Shown here: positions 45,926-55,630 of the stretch, in pieces
How positions within the stretch are numbered: position 1 is the stretch's first letter
Layout of the letters: every line of letters begins with the position of its first letter
Source of the DNA: Rickettsiales bacterium
GTDB taxonomy: Bacteria; Pseudomonadota; Alphaproteobacteria; Rickettsiales; UBA3002
Length of the DNA stretch: 64,000 bases
Assembly (NCBI GenBank): GCA_044237845.1
Contig: JBIIEL010000006.1
Span: 4,124-68,123, forward strand
Reading direction: 5' to 3'
Made by a program: the position numbers and the translations under genes
The notes under the pieces: generated by a model
Databases searched by the model: none
The model's input: the letters and a program-made list of their open reading frames with translations, nothing else
What the model was told of the DNA's origin: nothing

Positions 45926-46858
45926 TTATGCCTGCGCCTGCAACGTTACCAGCACACGATCGACCGATAAATCACGCAGGTCTTTCTCGCGCAGCACGCG
46001 CACCGCTTGCCCGATTGGCGCAGAATAGGCCGGGTTGCTGGCATGGCTGAACAGCACGAAGCTGGGGCAATTGCTGGCGGCGATTATATGCATCGGCCCC
46101 GTATCGTTCCCCACCGCGAGGGTTGCGCCCCGCGCTAACGTCGCCAGCGCCGCGAAGCTGGTTCTGCCGCAGAGATTGAGCACATCGGGCACCCGCGCCT
46201 CAATCGACTCCAGCGCTTCGTGCTCCGCCCGCGTGCCGATCAAGACCGGCGTAATCTTCTGTGCCACCAGCTCTTGCGCCAGCGACGCGTATTGCTCCGC
46301 CGGCCAGCGTTTCTCCAGCCGATGTGCCGCCCCGCCCGGCACCAGCAACGCATAATCACCGATAAGCCCATAGGCCGATATATCCGCCGTGAGCCACGAA
46401 ATATTCGGCATACCCACGCCCTCAATTCCCGCCCGCGCAAGTTGATGGGCGAGGTTCGGCAGAGCATGTAGCTGATGCCGCCCGGGATTGGTGTAGCCAT
46501 GGCTTGAAAAACGGCTGACATTGGAAATCTTCGGCCATGGGCGCTTAAGCAGCCATTGATAGCTGCTGGTGCGTGTCGAAGTTTGCACATCATAGACCCA
46601 TGCCCAGCGCTTACTGTTCAGCATCGTGCGCAGACGGCCAAGCCCCTTGCGGTCAAGCCAGCGTGGTTTGGAATCCACCCAGATTTCGTTGAAATACGGG
46701 CTCGCCGCCAGCAACTCGGCATAGGGTTTGGTGGTCAGGCAGACAATCCATGCATGCGGATGATGATCGCGGATCGCCGCAAACCCAGCCGTCGCCAACA
46801 CAATATCGCCCAGCGCGCCGTGCTTGATGACGAGAATATTTTGCTTCGTTTCGTTCAC
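45926..46858 (-). CDS. glycosyltransferase family 9 (LPS heptosyltransferase-like)
   Basis: ILVIKHGALGDIVLATAGFAAI N-terminus and C-terminal GNDTGPMHI. Confidence 0.75.
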   Translation of the reverse strand: MNETKQNILVIKHGALGDIVLATAGFAAIRDHHPHAWIVCLTTKPYAELLAASPYFNEIWVDSKPRWLDRKGLGRLRTMLNSKRWAWVYDVQTSTRTSSYQWLLKRPWPKISNVSRFSSHGYTNPGRHQLHALPNLAHQLARAGIEGVGMPNISWLTADISAYGLIGDYALLVPGGAAHRLEKRWPAEQYASLAQELVAQKITPVLIGTRAEHEALESIEARVPDVLNLCGRTSFAALATLARGATLAVGNDTGPMHIIAASNCPSFVLFSHASNPAYSAPIGQAVRVLREKDLRDLSVDRVLVTLQAQA

Positions 46859-46987
46859 AACGCTCCTTTGTCATGCCCAGACAGGCGGGCATTCGGTGCA
46901 GCGGATGATGCGTCGGATCCGCATGCAACGCATGCTGGCGAAGATATTATGTAATTCAATGATTTGATTAGAAAATTCTGTAATTTA

Positions 46988-47017
46988 TGTTGCATAATGT
47001 TGCATTCTGTTGCGTGG
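46988..47017 (+). repeat. three tandem 10-bp direct repeats TGTTGCAT(A/T)(A/C) / TGTTGCGTGG
   Basis: tgttgcataa tgttgcattc tgttgcgtgg read directly. An inverted copy of GTTGCAT (ATGCAAC, 46922-46928) lies about 60 bp away. Confidence 0.6.
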
Positions 47018-47094
47018 GGTAATGGGCTTGATTCACCCATCGTAACCGACAACCTCTCTACCGGGAAGGGGGGTACCTAAAGAAAATTTACAGA

Positions 47095-47883
47095 CTATGC
47101 GTTTTGGCTGGATGTAGCCTTGCTGAACAGTCGAAAGAAATTCTCCGTCGTCACTTGCGCCAATTCGTCGAAACTCACGCCCTTCACCTCCGCAAGCTTT
47201 TGGGCAACGAGCACGGTATAGGCTGGCTCGCAGGGCTTGCCGCGATGCGGCTCCGGCGCGAGGTAGGGCGAGTCGGTTTCGACCAGCAACCGCTCCAGCG
47301 GCACGCTCGCGAACGCATCGCGCAGCGCTTGCGATTTCTTGAAGGTAATGATGCCAGAGGCCGAAATATAACCACCAAGTTCTAGTGATTTATCAGATAG
47401 ATATTTTGAAGAGCTAAAGCAATGGATTAAGAAACGAAATGGCGCTTGCTGATGGCATTCGGCGAGGATCGCCACCGTGTCTTCATCCGCGTCGCGGCTA
47501 TGAACGATGACGGGTAAATCCAACTGCCGAGCCACGGCGATATGCCGCCTAAACAGCGCTTGCTGCGCCGCGCGTGGGCTGTGCTCATAGTAATAATCGA
47601 GCCCCGTTTCGCCGATGGCGATCACGCGCGGATGATTCGCCTCCGCCAGCAGCTCCGCCTCCGAAATATCCTCGTGTGGCTCGGCCTCGTGCGGGTGAAT
47701 GCCGATGGAGCAATAAATTTCCGCATGCGCCTCGGCCAACGCCTTCACGGCGGCAAAATCACTCCGCCGGGTGGCAATCGTCTGCATCAGCCCCACCCCC
47801 GCCGCCTTCGCCCGCGCAATCACCCCCGCCGTATCGGCCAGGTCTGGGTAGTTCAGGTGGCAATGTGAGTCGATGAGCATCAC
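47095..47883 (-). CDS. tatD: TatD family metal-dependent hydrolase/DNase
   Basis: MLIDSHCHLNYP start, plus VIVHSRDA and ETDSPYLAP motifs. Confidence 0.85.
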   Translation of the reverse strand: MMLIDSHCHLNYPDLADTAGVIARAKAAGVGLMQTIATRRSDFAAVKALAEAHAEIYCSIGIHPHEAEPHEDISEAELLAEANHPRVIAIGETGLDYYYEHSPRAAQQALFRRHIAVARQLDLPVIVHSRDADEDTVAILAECHQQAPFRFLIHCFSSSKYLSDKSLELGGYISASGIITFKKSQALRDAFASVPLERLLVETDSPYLAPEPHRGKPCEPAYTVLVAQKLAEVKGVSFDELAQVTTENFFRLFSKATSSQNA

Positions 47884-48160
47884 CTGCTACTAAACGATTC
47901 TGTTTTTAGACGGAAACGATAATTACATTTTGACTTACTTTATATAGCCTGTTACGCGAGGTTCATGAGGCGGAAATCCGTCTCTGGGGTGTGAAGACCT
48001 CTCAAGTACCGGCACTTGTGCAGCCGTCAATTGCACTCCCTAGCGTTTGGCTGGGGAGGTTTTGGCGTATGTCCAGGCTTAACAGCTAAAGGCCAAAACA
48101 AACCTGTACTTGGGTTTCTTCAACTCCCCTGCCACCATCACCTTGCTTAGGGAGTTCTAT

Positions 48161-48778
48161 ATGTTTTCTAAATTTACTGTTTTTGTATCCGTGTTGGCAA
48201 TAGGCGCTGCCTCTGCCAATGCTGCCAGCACCAAACCTGTCGTTTCGGCAGATTTCTTTTTCAAGCCGTATGTAGGCGCTGACTATCAATTCAACAAATA
48301 TGGCAATAAAGATCAGCCACTATTCGGCGCTGGCGTACAAAGTGACGATATTAGCGATATCAGCCTCAATGGTGGCAACATCCATGTTGGCGCTCGTATC
48401 CACAAAAACATGGGGGTTGAACTTGGCTATTTCCAAACGGAAACAGCAAAAAAGACGAATTCTGCTCTCTTCGTTGGTGAAACTGAGACAGATGCGAAAG
48501 GCGCAACCCTTGATTTACTTGGCTACTACCCAGTCAGCAAAGAACTTGAACTCATAGGCACCGTCGGCGTTTCCTACGCTAAAATGACTTTGGGTGGAAG
48601 CGCTGTCACTGCCGTTAGTGATGAAGAAGAAATCAAGCCTCGTATCGGTGCCGGAGCTCAATACTGGCTTACCGACAACATAAACACCCGCGGCCTTGTT
48701 CGTTATCAAGGCGCAGATTTTGATGATAACGTCAGCGATGCTGTCTTTGCGACAGTTGGTTTGAATTACCAATTCTAA
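48161..48778 (+). CDS. small outer-membrane beta-barrel protein (OMP_b-brl / OmpA-like porin family)
   Basis: Signal peptide MFSKFTVFVSVLAIGAASANA, alternating beta-strand pattern, C-terminal GLNYQF. ATG 48161 is preceded by AGGGAG. The ORF track start (TTG 48110) is rejected. Confidence 0.75.
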   Translation: MFSKFTVFVSVLAIGAASANAASTKPVVSADFFFKPYVGADYQFNKYGNKDQPLFGAGVQSDDISDISLNGGNIHVGARIHKNMGVELGYFQTETAKKTNSALFVGETETDAKGATLDLLGYYPVSKELELIGTVGVSYAKMTLGGSAVTAVSDEEEIKPRIGAGAQYWLTDNINTRGLVRYQGADFDDNVSDAVFATVGLNYQF

Positions 48779-48802
48779 TTGTTTGATTTGCGTTCGACGA
48801 AA

Positions 48803-48832
48803 ATGGCCATCTCACAAAGATGGCCTTTTTTT
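48803..48832. terminator. bidirectional rho-independent terminator between the omp gene and metG
   Basis: aaatGGCCATCTcacaaAGATGGCCttttttt read directly. Confidence 0.8.
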
Positions 48833-48834
48833 AT

Positions 48835-50352
48835 TTACGCCGCATCCGCCATCAGTCTTGGGAACACGCCTTCCGGCTTCGGCAGTGGCGTACCGGGCTT
48901 CAGCGCGAATTCGGGCGTGAGGTGCTTGAACATCCGCTGATCCTGCGGCAAGGCGAGCTGGTCGAGCAGCTTAGCGGCCGCATCCGGCGTGAAGGGTTGC
49001 AGCATTACCGCGATACAGCGAATAGCCTCCGCGAGGTGGTAGAGCACCGTATGCATTCGCGCAGGGTCGGTCTTTTTCAGCGTCCACGGCGCTTCGCGGT
49101 CGATATACTCATTCGCGGCGGAGGCCATGGTGAGAATCGCGCCCATCACCTCGTTGAATTTGCACCGCTCCATCTGGTCACGCGCTTTGGCCGCGCCGTT
49201 GGGGTCGGTCACCTGCACCAATTCCATCAGCAGTTTGTCTTGCTCCGCAAGCTTTGAATCATTACGCAGCGGCACGGCTTCGCCGCAGTTTTTGGCGATC
49301 ATACTCAGTGTGCGTTGGGCGAGGTTGCCGATATTATTGGCCAGATCCGCATTGATGCGGTCGAACATCGCTCGGCGGCTGAAATTGCCATCCGAACCGA
49401 ACGGCACTTCACGCAGGAGGAAGTAACGGGTTTGGTCGAGCCCGTATTTCTCAACCAAATGCGCGGGCGCCACCACATTGCCCAGCGATTTACTCATTTT
49501 CTCGCCCTCGATCGTCCACCAGCCATGAGCGAACACGCGCTTGGGCAATTCAATTTTCGCCGACATCAGAAATGCGGGCCAATAGACGGTGTGAAAACGA
49601 AGAATATCCTTACCCACCATGTGCAAATCCGCTGGCCATTGGTCGCCCGCGGCCGTCCAGTAATTCGTCAGCGCGTCGAGCCAGACATACATGATATGCT
49701 TGTCGTCGCCGGGAACCGGCACGCCCCATTTGAACGTGGTGCGCGAAATGGAGAGGTCTTTGAGGCCACCCTTCACGAAGCTGATGACCTCGTTCCGCCG
49801 CGATTCTGGCAGAATGAAATCCGGGTTCTTTTCATAGAGGTCGAGCAGCGGCTGCGTGTATTTACTGAGGCGGAAGAAATAGCTCGGCTCCTCCACCCAC
49901 TCGACTTCTGCGCCGGTTGGGGCTTTGCCATCCACCAGCTCGCTTTCGGTGTAGAACGCTTCGTCGCGCGTCGCATACCAGCCTGCATAGCCGCCAAGAT
50001 AGATATCGCCCGCGGCCTCCAGCCGCTTCCACATTTCCTGCGCGGCGGCGATGTGGCGTGGTTCGGTCGTGCGGATGAAATCGTCATTCGTGAGGTTGAG
50101 CGTCTCGCCCATTTCGCGGAAATGCACCGAGACTTCATCGACAAAAGCCTGCGGCGGCATACCCGCATTCGCGGCGGATTTTTCGACCTTTTGGCCATGC
50201 TCGTCCGTCCCTGTCAGGAACCGCACCTTACGCCCGTCGAGCCGCATGTAACGCGCAATCGCATCGCATGCGACGGAGGTATAGGCATGACCCAGATGCG
50301 GCTTGTCGTTGACGTAATAAATCGGCGTGGTGATGTAGTATGTGTCGGTCAT
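48835..50352 (-). CDS. metG: methionine--tRNA ligase (short form)
   Basis: PIYYVNDKPHLGHAY (HIGH motif) and KMSKSLGN (KMSKS motif). Confidence 0.95.
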   Translation of the reverse strand: MTDTYYITTPIYYVNDKPHLGHAYTSVACDAIARYMRLDGRKVRFLTGTDEHGQKVEKSAANAGMPPQAFVDEVSVHFREMGETLNLTNDDFIRTTEPRHIAAAQEMWKRLEAAGDIYLGGYAGWYATRDEAFYTESELVDGKAPTGAEVEWVEEPSYFFRLSKYTQPLLDLYEKNPDFILPESRRNEVISFVKGGLKDLSISRTTFKWGVPVPGDDKHIMYVWLDALTNYWTAAGDQWPADLHMVGKDILRFHTVYWPAFLMSAKIELPKRVFAHGWWTIEGEKMSKSLGNVVAPAHLVEKYGLDQTRYFLLREVPFGSDGNFSRRAMFDRINADLANNIGNLAQRTLSMIAKNCGEAVPLRNDSKLAEQDKLLMELVQVTDPNGAAKARDQMERCKFNEVMGAILTMASAANEYIDREAPWTLKKTDPARMHTVLYHLAEAIRCIAVMLQPFTPDAAAKLLDQLALPQDQRMFKHLTPEFALKPGTPLPKPEGVFPRLMADAA

Positions 50353-50421
50353 GAGCCATATCCTTGGTCGGTTAGGGGAGCGTTTCTATACCAAAAACGC
50401 GCGGATGTCGATAACGACTGA

Positions 50422-51558
50422 CTAAGCCGCCATTCGCTCCAGTTCCGAGGGGTCGGCCAGCATGCGAAGGCTATAGCGTTTATCGAGATTATAGGTCTCT
50501 GTTTCGTGAATCAGGCGGTTGCCCTGCTCCATCCATGCGCGCATGAGCGGCGCAGGGGTTGCTGCTGAAATCGCAGCGAGCATCTCCGCTTCACGTCGGA
50601 AAATGGGGGTTGCATCCCCATGCGGATGAAGCGTGAGGCGCTGCATGGCGAGCTGCCAGCAATACATCAGCGTGTTCCACGCCTCCGGCGATTTGCGCTG
50701 TGCCGCGGCATCCGCAAATTGCTGGCGCGTGGCGACGGAGGCATCCGGCATCATCGCCCCGAGCCAGCCTTCGTAACAAGCGAGCGCATTCTCCTGATGC
50801 AGCGTGATGGCATGCCCAGGGGCGCCGTGGCTGAGCGCATAAAGCGCGGAATAGTCATAATCCGGAATGCTCGGCGCAATATGGTTGAGGATATTGCCAA
50901 AGGCCGTGCGATCCGGCGCGCAGAGCTTGAAGTTGCGGCAGCGCGATTTAATCGTCGGCAAAATACCGCCGGAGGAATGGCAGACGAGTAACAGAATGGC
51001 CCGCTCTGGCGGTTCTTCCAGAATTTTCAGCAGCGCATTCGCGGCGTTGACGTTGAGCTGATCGACCGCGTCCACAATCACCACGCGCCATTCCCCCTCA
51101 GCAGGGGTGAGGCTTAGAAACTCAGGCACCTTACGGGCTTCATCTACCGTGATCGTCGATTTCTCGACATGTTTCTTAGCGTCATAGGCGGGCGAAATCG
51201 TCAGCAGATCGGTGTGCGAACCGGCAGCTACGCGACGAAAAAGCGGCTCGTCTGCTGACATCTCAAGTGAGTTTTGCGCAGTGTCCAGCGCTTTAGGTGC
51301 AGGCTCCGGCTCACCGAAAAGCGACATGGTAGGCGCTTCTACCACCGCTGCTTTCTGCGCCCCATTCGCGAGCAGAAACCGCGCCATGCGGTACGCCAGC
51401 GTGGCTTTGCCGATGCCCTTATGCCCCACCATCAGGTAGGCGTGATGCACCAACCCACGCTCAAACTCATGGATAAACCGCGCCTCGGCGGCCTCGTGCC
51501 CATAGAGAAACGGGTTCTCCCGCGGGGCGGGAATATCGAGCTGTTTGTCTTTCGCCAT
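50422..51558 (-). CDS. holB: DNA polymerase III subunit delta prime
   Basis: HAYLMVGHKGIGKATLA clamp-loader P-loop-like motif and LKILEEPP. Lies between tmk and metG. Confidence 0.8.
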   Translation of the reverse strand: MAKDKQLDIPAPRENPFLYGHEAAEARFIHEFERGLVHHAYLMVGHKGIGKATLAYRMARFLLANGAQKAAVVEAPTMSLFGEPEPAPKALDTAQNSLEMSADEPLFRRVAAGSHTDLLTISPAYDAKKHVEKSTITVDEARKVPEFLSLTPAEGEWRVVIVDAVDQLNVNAANALLKILEEPPERAILLLVCHSSGGILPTIKSRCRNFKLCAPDRTAFGNILNHIAPSIPDYDYSALYALSHGAPGHAITLHQENALACYEGWLGAMMPDASVATRQQFADAAAQRKSPEAWNTLMYCWQLAMQRLTLHPHGDATPIFRREAEMLAAISAATPAPLMRAWMEQGNRLIHETETYNLDKRYSLRMLADPSELERMAA

Positions 51559-51564
51559 GCGCTT

Positions 51565-52221
51565 TTATGCGCCTGAAACCAGGGCAAGAGCAAGGTTAAA
51601 TCGCGTATTAACCACCTTGATAATCGCGCGGTGCACGTCCTGCTCCGCGGCGGATGCATCCACGGTGCGGATGCGCTCGGGATGCGCTTTCGCAAGCGCA
51701 TAAAAGCCCGCACGTAGCTGTTCGTGATAAGCAATATCCATCCCCTCAAAGCGTGACTCCACAACGTTTCCACGCTTATCCGTGCGGGCGAGGCCAACGC
51801 TTGGCGGCAGGTCGAGCAGCAAGGTTAAATCCGGTGCGAGGTTACCAAACAGCATGGCATAAAGCTGGTCGAGCCATGCTGTGCCCACGCCTTTAGCGAT
51901 CCCCTGATAGACATAGGTCGAGTCGTAAAAACGGTCGCACAACACCCACTGGCCGTGGGCCAGAGCAGGACGTATTTTTGTCTCGATATGGTCGTAACGC
52001 GCAGTCATGAACAGCAACGATTCGGTCGTCGGATGCCAACGATCCACCGCGCCACTCACTACCAGCCCACGAATCGCTTCACCCCCAGCAGAACCGCCCG
52101 GCTCGCGCGTAACACAGGTCGCAACGCCCGCATTGGCGAACGCCTGCGCGAGCAACTTGATTTGTGTCGATTTTCCTGCCCCCTCACCACCTTCCAGCGT
52201 GATGAATTTGGGCGCGGCCAT
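51565..52221 (-). CDS. tmk: thymidylate kinase
   Basis: FITLEGGEGAGKSTQ P-loop and DRFYDST. Confidence 0.9.
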   Translation of the reverse strand: MAAPKFITLEGGEGAGKSTQIKLLAQAFANAGVATCVTREPGGSAGGEAIRGLVVSGAVDRWHPTTESLLFMTARYDHIETKIRPALAHGQWVLCDRFYDSTYVYQGIAKGVGTAWLDQLYAMLFGNLAPDLTLLLDLPPSVGLARTDKRGNVVESRFEGMDIAYHEQLRAGFYALAKAHPERIRTVDASAAEQDVHRAIIKVVNTRFNLALALVSGA

Positions 52222-52223
52222 GG

Positions 52224-53462
52224 CTAGAGACCCACCGTCCGCAGCAGGCGGCCAAAGAAGGAGAGTTTAGCCACCGGCGCAGCAGCGACGAGCGGGAACT
52301 CTTTCTTCGCGCCATCCGGCATGGTTACCGTCAGGGTTCCATAAGCCTGATCTGTCGTTAGCGGTGCGGCGATAGGCGAATTATGCGTCGCACTCACTTT
52401 CACCTTGTCGCGACCGACTTTTGGGAGGCTCATCACGATGTCGTTCTGCGCCACGAGATCGATCTCGTGCTCTTTCCCCATCCAGATTTTGGTGCTGGTG
52501 ACTTTTTGCCCTGCTTTAAACAGCACCAAATTATCAAAATTATGAAAGCCCCAGCTGAGCAGTCGCTCCCCTTCTGCAGCACGGTCCGCCTCTGAATTCA
52601 GGCCGTTAATCACAAGCACCTGACGACGCCCCGTCGCTGGGTCTTTCGCCGAAAGGGTAATGCCATAGCCGGCCGCTTCCGTATGACCGGTCTTCAACCC
52701 ATCCACCTGCATGCTGGTGCTGCCGAGCAGCAGATTACGGTTGAATTGGCGAATGCCGTGATAGGTAAACTCACGCTCGCTGAGATAGCGGTAATACTGT
52801 GGGAAGTCACGGATCAGCGCCGTCGCTAGCGTCGCTAGATCATGCGCCGTGGTCGTATGCTCCGCATTCGGCCAGCCGCTTGCATCCATAAAATGGCTAT
52901 TGGTCATGCCAATGGTTTTGGCTACTTCGTTCATCTGAGTGGCGAAGGATTCTTCTGACCCCGCAAGGCCTTCCGCCACCACCATGCAGGCATCGTTACC
53001 CGACTGAATGGCGATGCCACGAATTAAATCCTCAAGCCCGATCTGCTGGCCAAGCGGCACAAACATTTTCGAGCCCTGCATGCGCCATGCTTTTTCACTC
53101 ACCGTGAACTGGCTATCCATGCTCAATGTGCCTTGCTTCAGCTTGTCAAAAATCATGTAGAGCGTCATCATTTTCGTCATCGAGGACGGGTACATTTTCT
53201 CGTCCGCCGCTTTGCGGGCGAGCACGGTGCCGGTATCATAATCAAGCAGCATCATGTGACTGGCAGGGGTTTCGAGCGCCGAACCATCTGCCGTAGTTGC
53301 CGGCATCGCCGCTGCTTTGGTGCGCAGTGTGAGGTCGAGTCCAGATTCACTGCTGGTTTCCTCTGTTGCTGGAGCAGCAGGCGCCTGTGCGAACGCTGCA
53401 GATGACGATACGATAACAGTTGTTGCCAGCCAACCCGCGACAAGCCACGAAAAACGCTTCAT
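52224..53462 (-). CDS. D-alanyl-D-alanine carboxypeptidase (PBP5/6 type)
   Basis: Signal peptide, then SMTK (SxxK), SGN and KTG motifs. Confidence 0.85.
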   Translation of the reverse strand: MKRFSWLVAGWLATTVIVSSSAAFAQAPAAPATEETSSESGLDLTLRTKAAAMPATTADGSALETPASHMMLLDYDTGTVLARKAADEKMYPSSMTKMMTLYMIFDKLKQGTLSMDSQFTVSEKAWRMQGSKMFVPLGQQIGLEDLIRGIAIQSGNDACMVVAEGLAGSEESFATQMNEVAKTIGMTNSHFMDASGWPNAEHTTTAHDLATLATALIRDFPQYYRYLSEREFTYHGIRQFNRNLLLGSTSMQVDGLKTGHTEAAGYGITLSAKDPATGRRQVLVINGLNSEADRAAEGERLLSWGFHNFDNLVLFKAGQKVTSTKIWMGKEHEIDLVAQNDIVMSLPKVGRDKVKVSATHNSPIAAPLTTDQAYGTLTVTMPDGAKKEFPLVAAAPVAKLSFFGRLLRTVGL

Positions 53463-53474
53463 TTCCTTACTCCC

Positions 53475-54512
53475 TTATTCTTGCGATATCCGTTTCGGTG
53501 TAATCCCCAAACCCGCCAGTTGATCCATCACTTTTGCAGATTCATTTGCATCCACATAGGGGCCCATACGCACCACATACATCAGCGGCGCATCGTCCCC
53601 CGCCTTCGATTCAATACGCACGGGGCCAAGCTTTGCCGCCTTAATGCGTAAGCGATCCGCGTTCGATTGTTGCAAAAACGCGCCAAGCTGCAGGAAATGC
53701 TTTCCCATTTCCTCACCCACCGTATCCGAAGAAGCCGTTGTGAACTCCTCTAGCACTGAAAAGGGCGAGCCTGTTTTTGGTTCCTCTGCCGAAGCTATCT
53801 CTACCCCCACAGGCTTAACATTTGGCGACGGCAAGTCACTCGCGATGACACTGTCTACCGCAGCATCAGTTGTTGTGGGGAGGGTTTTCCATTCTGGCGT
53901 TGATTCTGTTTTTGCATAGTGTTTTGATGACTGATTGAGCACTTCTTCCGCAAGGTCAATCGAGGTTGGATCGCGTCCTTCTACCAATAAATTTGCAAAA
54001 CGCTCGGACTCCTCTTTCATGTATTCCACGCGCACCCTTGCTGTTCCTTTAGCAATCAAGCCGATTTCCTTGGCAGCAGCATAGCTGAGGTCAATAATGC
54101 GCCCTTTGGAGAAAGGGCCCCGGTCGTTCACGCGGACAATTGCTTCTTTACCCGTTTCAAGCATGGTGACTTTCACAATCGATGGCAGAGGAAGTGTTTT
54201 ATGCGCAGCTGTCATAGCGTGCTTGTCGAATTCTTCACCGTTTGCAGTTTTTCCACCATGAAATCCAGGGCCGTACCACGAGGCCATCCCCTCTTCGGAA
54301 TAATCCGGCTGATAGCGTGGCACATAGGTTTTACCGCCCACTCGGTAAGATTGCCCCAGTTTGGCGTAGGGTGTTTTTTTCTTGCCCGTTTTCGAAAAGC
54401 CAGGAACCCCGGCAGTTGATTCTTCATGGCCTGAATAGACAGGACGATCAGAGCCAGAACAGGCACTCAACGCCAGCGCCAGAAGCACAGCAATCACGTG
54501 TGATAGCTTCAT
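53475..54512 (-). CDS. rlpA: RlpA-family septal lytic transglycosylase lipoprotein with C-terminal SPOR domain
   Basis: Lipobox LALSAC after [16 protein letters not shown] core [10 protein letters not shown]...[15 protein letters not shown]...[13 protein letters not shown]-like C-terminus. Start moved to ATG 54510-54512, 1 nt after the upstream stop. Confidence 0.8.
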   Translation of the reverse strand: MKLSHVIAVLLALALSACSGSDRPVYSGHEESTAGVPGFSKTGKKKTPYAKLGQSYRVGGKTYVPRYQPDYSEEGMASWYGPGFHGGKTANGEEFDKHAMTAAHKTLPLPSIVKVTMLETGKEAIVRVNDRGPFSKGRIIDLSYAAAKEIGLIAKGTARVRVEYMKEESERFANLLVEGRDPTSIDLAEEVLNQSSKHYAKTESTPEWKTLPTTTDAAVDSVIASDLPSPNVKPVGVEIASAEEPKTGSPFSVLEEFTTASSDTVGEEMGKHFLQLGAFLQQSNADRLRIKAAKLGPVRIESKAGDDAPLMYVVRMGPYVDANESAKVMDQLAGLGITPKRISQE

Positions 54513-54513
54513 T

Positions 54514-55482
54514 CTACTCTCCAATTGCATCCGCAAGTGTGCCCACCGCTGTCGCGAAATAACGCGAGCGGTTCCACTGCAAAATAGCTTTATAATTGCT
54601 GGTGACAACATACAGGCCCTCATGCGGCTTACCAGCATGGATGGCATAAAGCGGTGTGTTGTCGCTATTAATCGATCCATTCTCTTCCCAGCTTAAGCCG
54701 TGCTGTTTCCATTCTGCCGCTGTTTTTGCATGAGTGATGCTGGTACGATTGGCACCAAAATCCGCCGAGGCCTCAGCTTTAGCGCCCCAGCCACGGTCAT
54801 TCTTCCAGCCAAGAGAGTGCAGGTAATTGGCAATCGAGGCGAGCGTATCTGGCGTTGAATTCCAGATGTCGCGATCACCATCCCCATCCCCATCTGCCGC
54901 ATGGGCGAGATAGGTCGAAGGCATAAACTGGCAATTACCCATTGCTCCAGCCCATGATCCGGTGAGCTCGCTCGATGCCAGATTCTCTTTATCGAGAATT
55001 TTTAGTGCCGCAACCAGCTCCTTGGTAAACAGCTCTTTCCGCCGTCCCTCATAAGCCAGCGTTGCCAATGAGCGCACCACCGAAAAATCCCCCTGATAGG
55101 AACCATAGTCCGACTCAATGCCCCAGAGCGCAACAATATATTGCGGCTGCACACCATATTTCGCGCTGATTTTCTCGAGCATATCGCGGTGCTCTTCCAT
55201 CATCGCACGACCAGTATTAATACGACGCTCACTAATTGTGTTGCTGAGATATTTGGTAAGAGTGATTTTATTTTCCGGCTGTTTTTGATCGAGCGCCACC
55301 ACCCGCGCATTTTCCTCAAGGCCACTGAGCGCATCTCGGGCGACGGATGCAGAAACGCCAGCATTCACCGCCTGCGCCTCGATATCCACCAGCCAGTCTT
55401 CAAAACTCCGCGCATACGCGGTCGAAGCCAGAATAACGCTTCCCGCGAACGACAGCCATAATGAACGTAATTGCATCTTCAC
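54514..55482 (-). CDS. lytic murein transglycosylase (MltB/SLT_2 family)
   Basis: [10 protein letters not shown] and [14 protein letters not shown] motifs, plus a signal peptide. Confidence 0.8.
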   Translation of the reverse strand: MKMQLRSLWLSFAGSVILASTAYARSFEDWLVDIEAQAVNAGVSASVARDALSGLEENARVVALDQKQPENKITLTKYLSNTISERRINTGRAMMEEHRDMLEKISAKYGVQPQYIVALWGIESDYGSYQGDFSVVRSLATLAYEGRRKELFTKELVAALKILDKENLASSELTGSWAGAMGNCQFMPSTYLAHAADGDGDGDRDIWNSTPDTLASIANYLHSLGWKNDRGWGAKAEASADFGANRTSITHAKTAAEWKQHGLSWEENGSINSDNTPLYAIHAGKPHEGLYVVTSNYKAILQWNRSRYFATAVGTLADAIGE

Positions 55483-55610
55483 CTCTCAGGCTTCGTTATG
55501 GCGCGCAGTGATTTTTACAGCAAGTTTTTATCACTTTCGTGGATAGTTGTGTGTTTTTTATCGTCAAAGCAGAAACTAAATGCCACAGTTTCTATGAAAC
55601 CAAGCTGCGA

Positions 55611-55630
55611 GCTAACCCGTGCTAACCCGT
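55611..55630 (+). repeat. perfect 10-bp tandem duplication GCTAACCCGT x2 at the 5' end of the dehydrogenase gene
   Basis: Read directly: 55611-55620 equals 55621-55630. Confidence 0.95.

Noticed and set aside
49315-50421. 368-aa ORF antisense to metG
   Set aside because: The opposite strand encodes a complete MetRS with HIGH and KMSKS motifs. This antisense frame is Arg-rich with no recognisable features.
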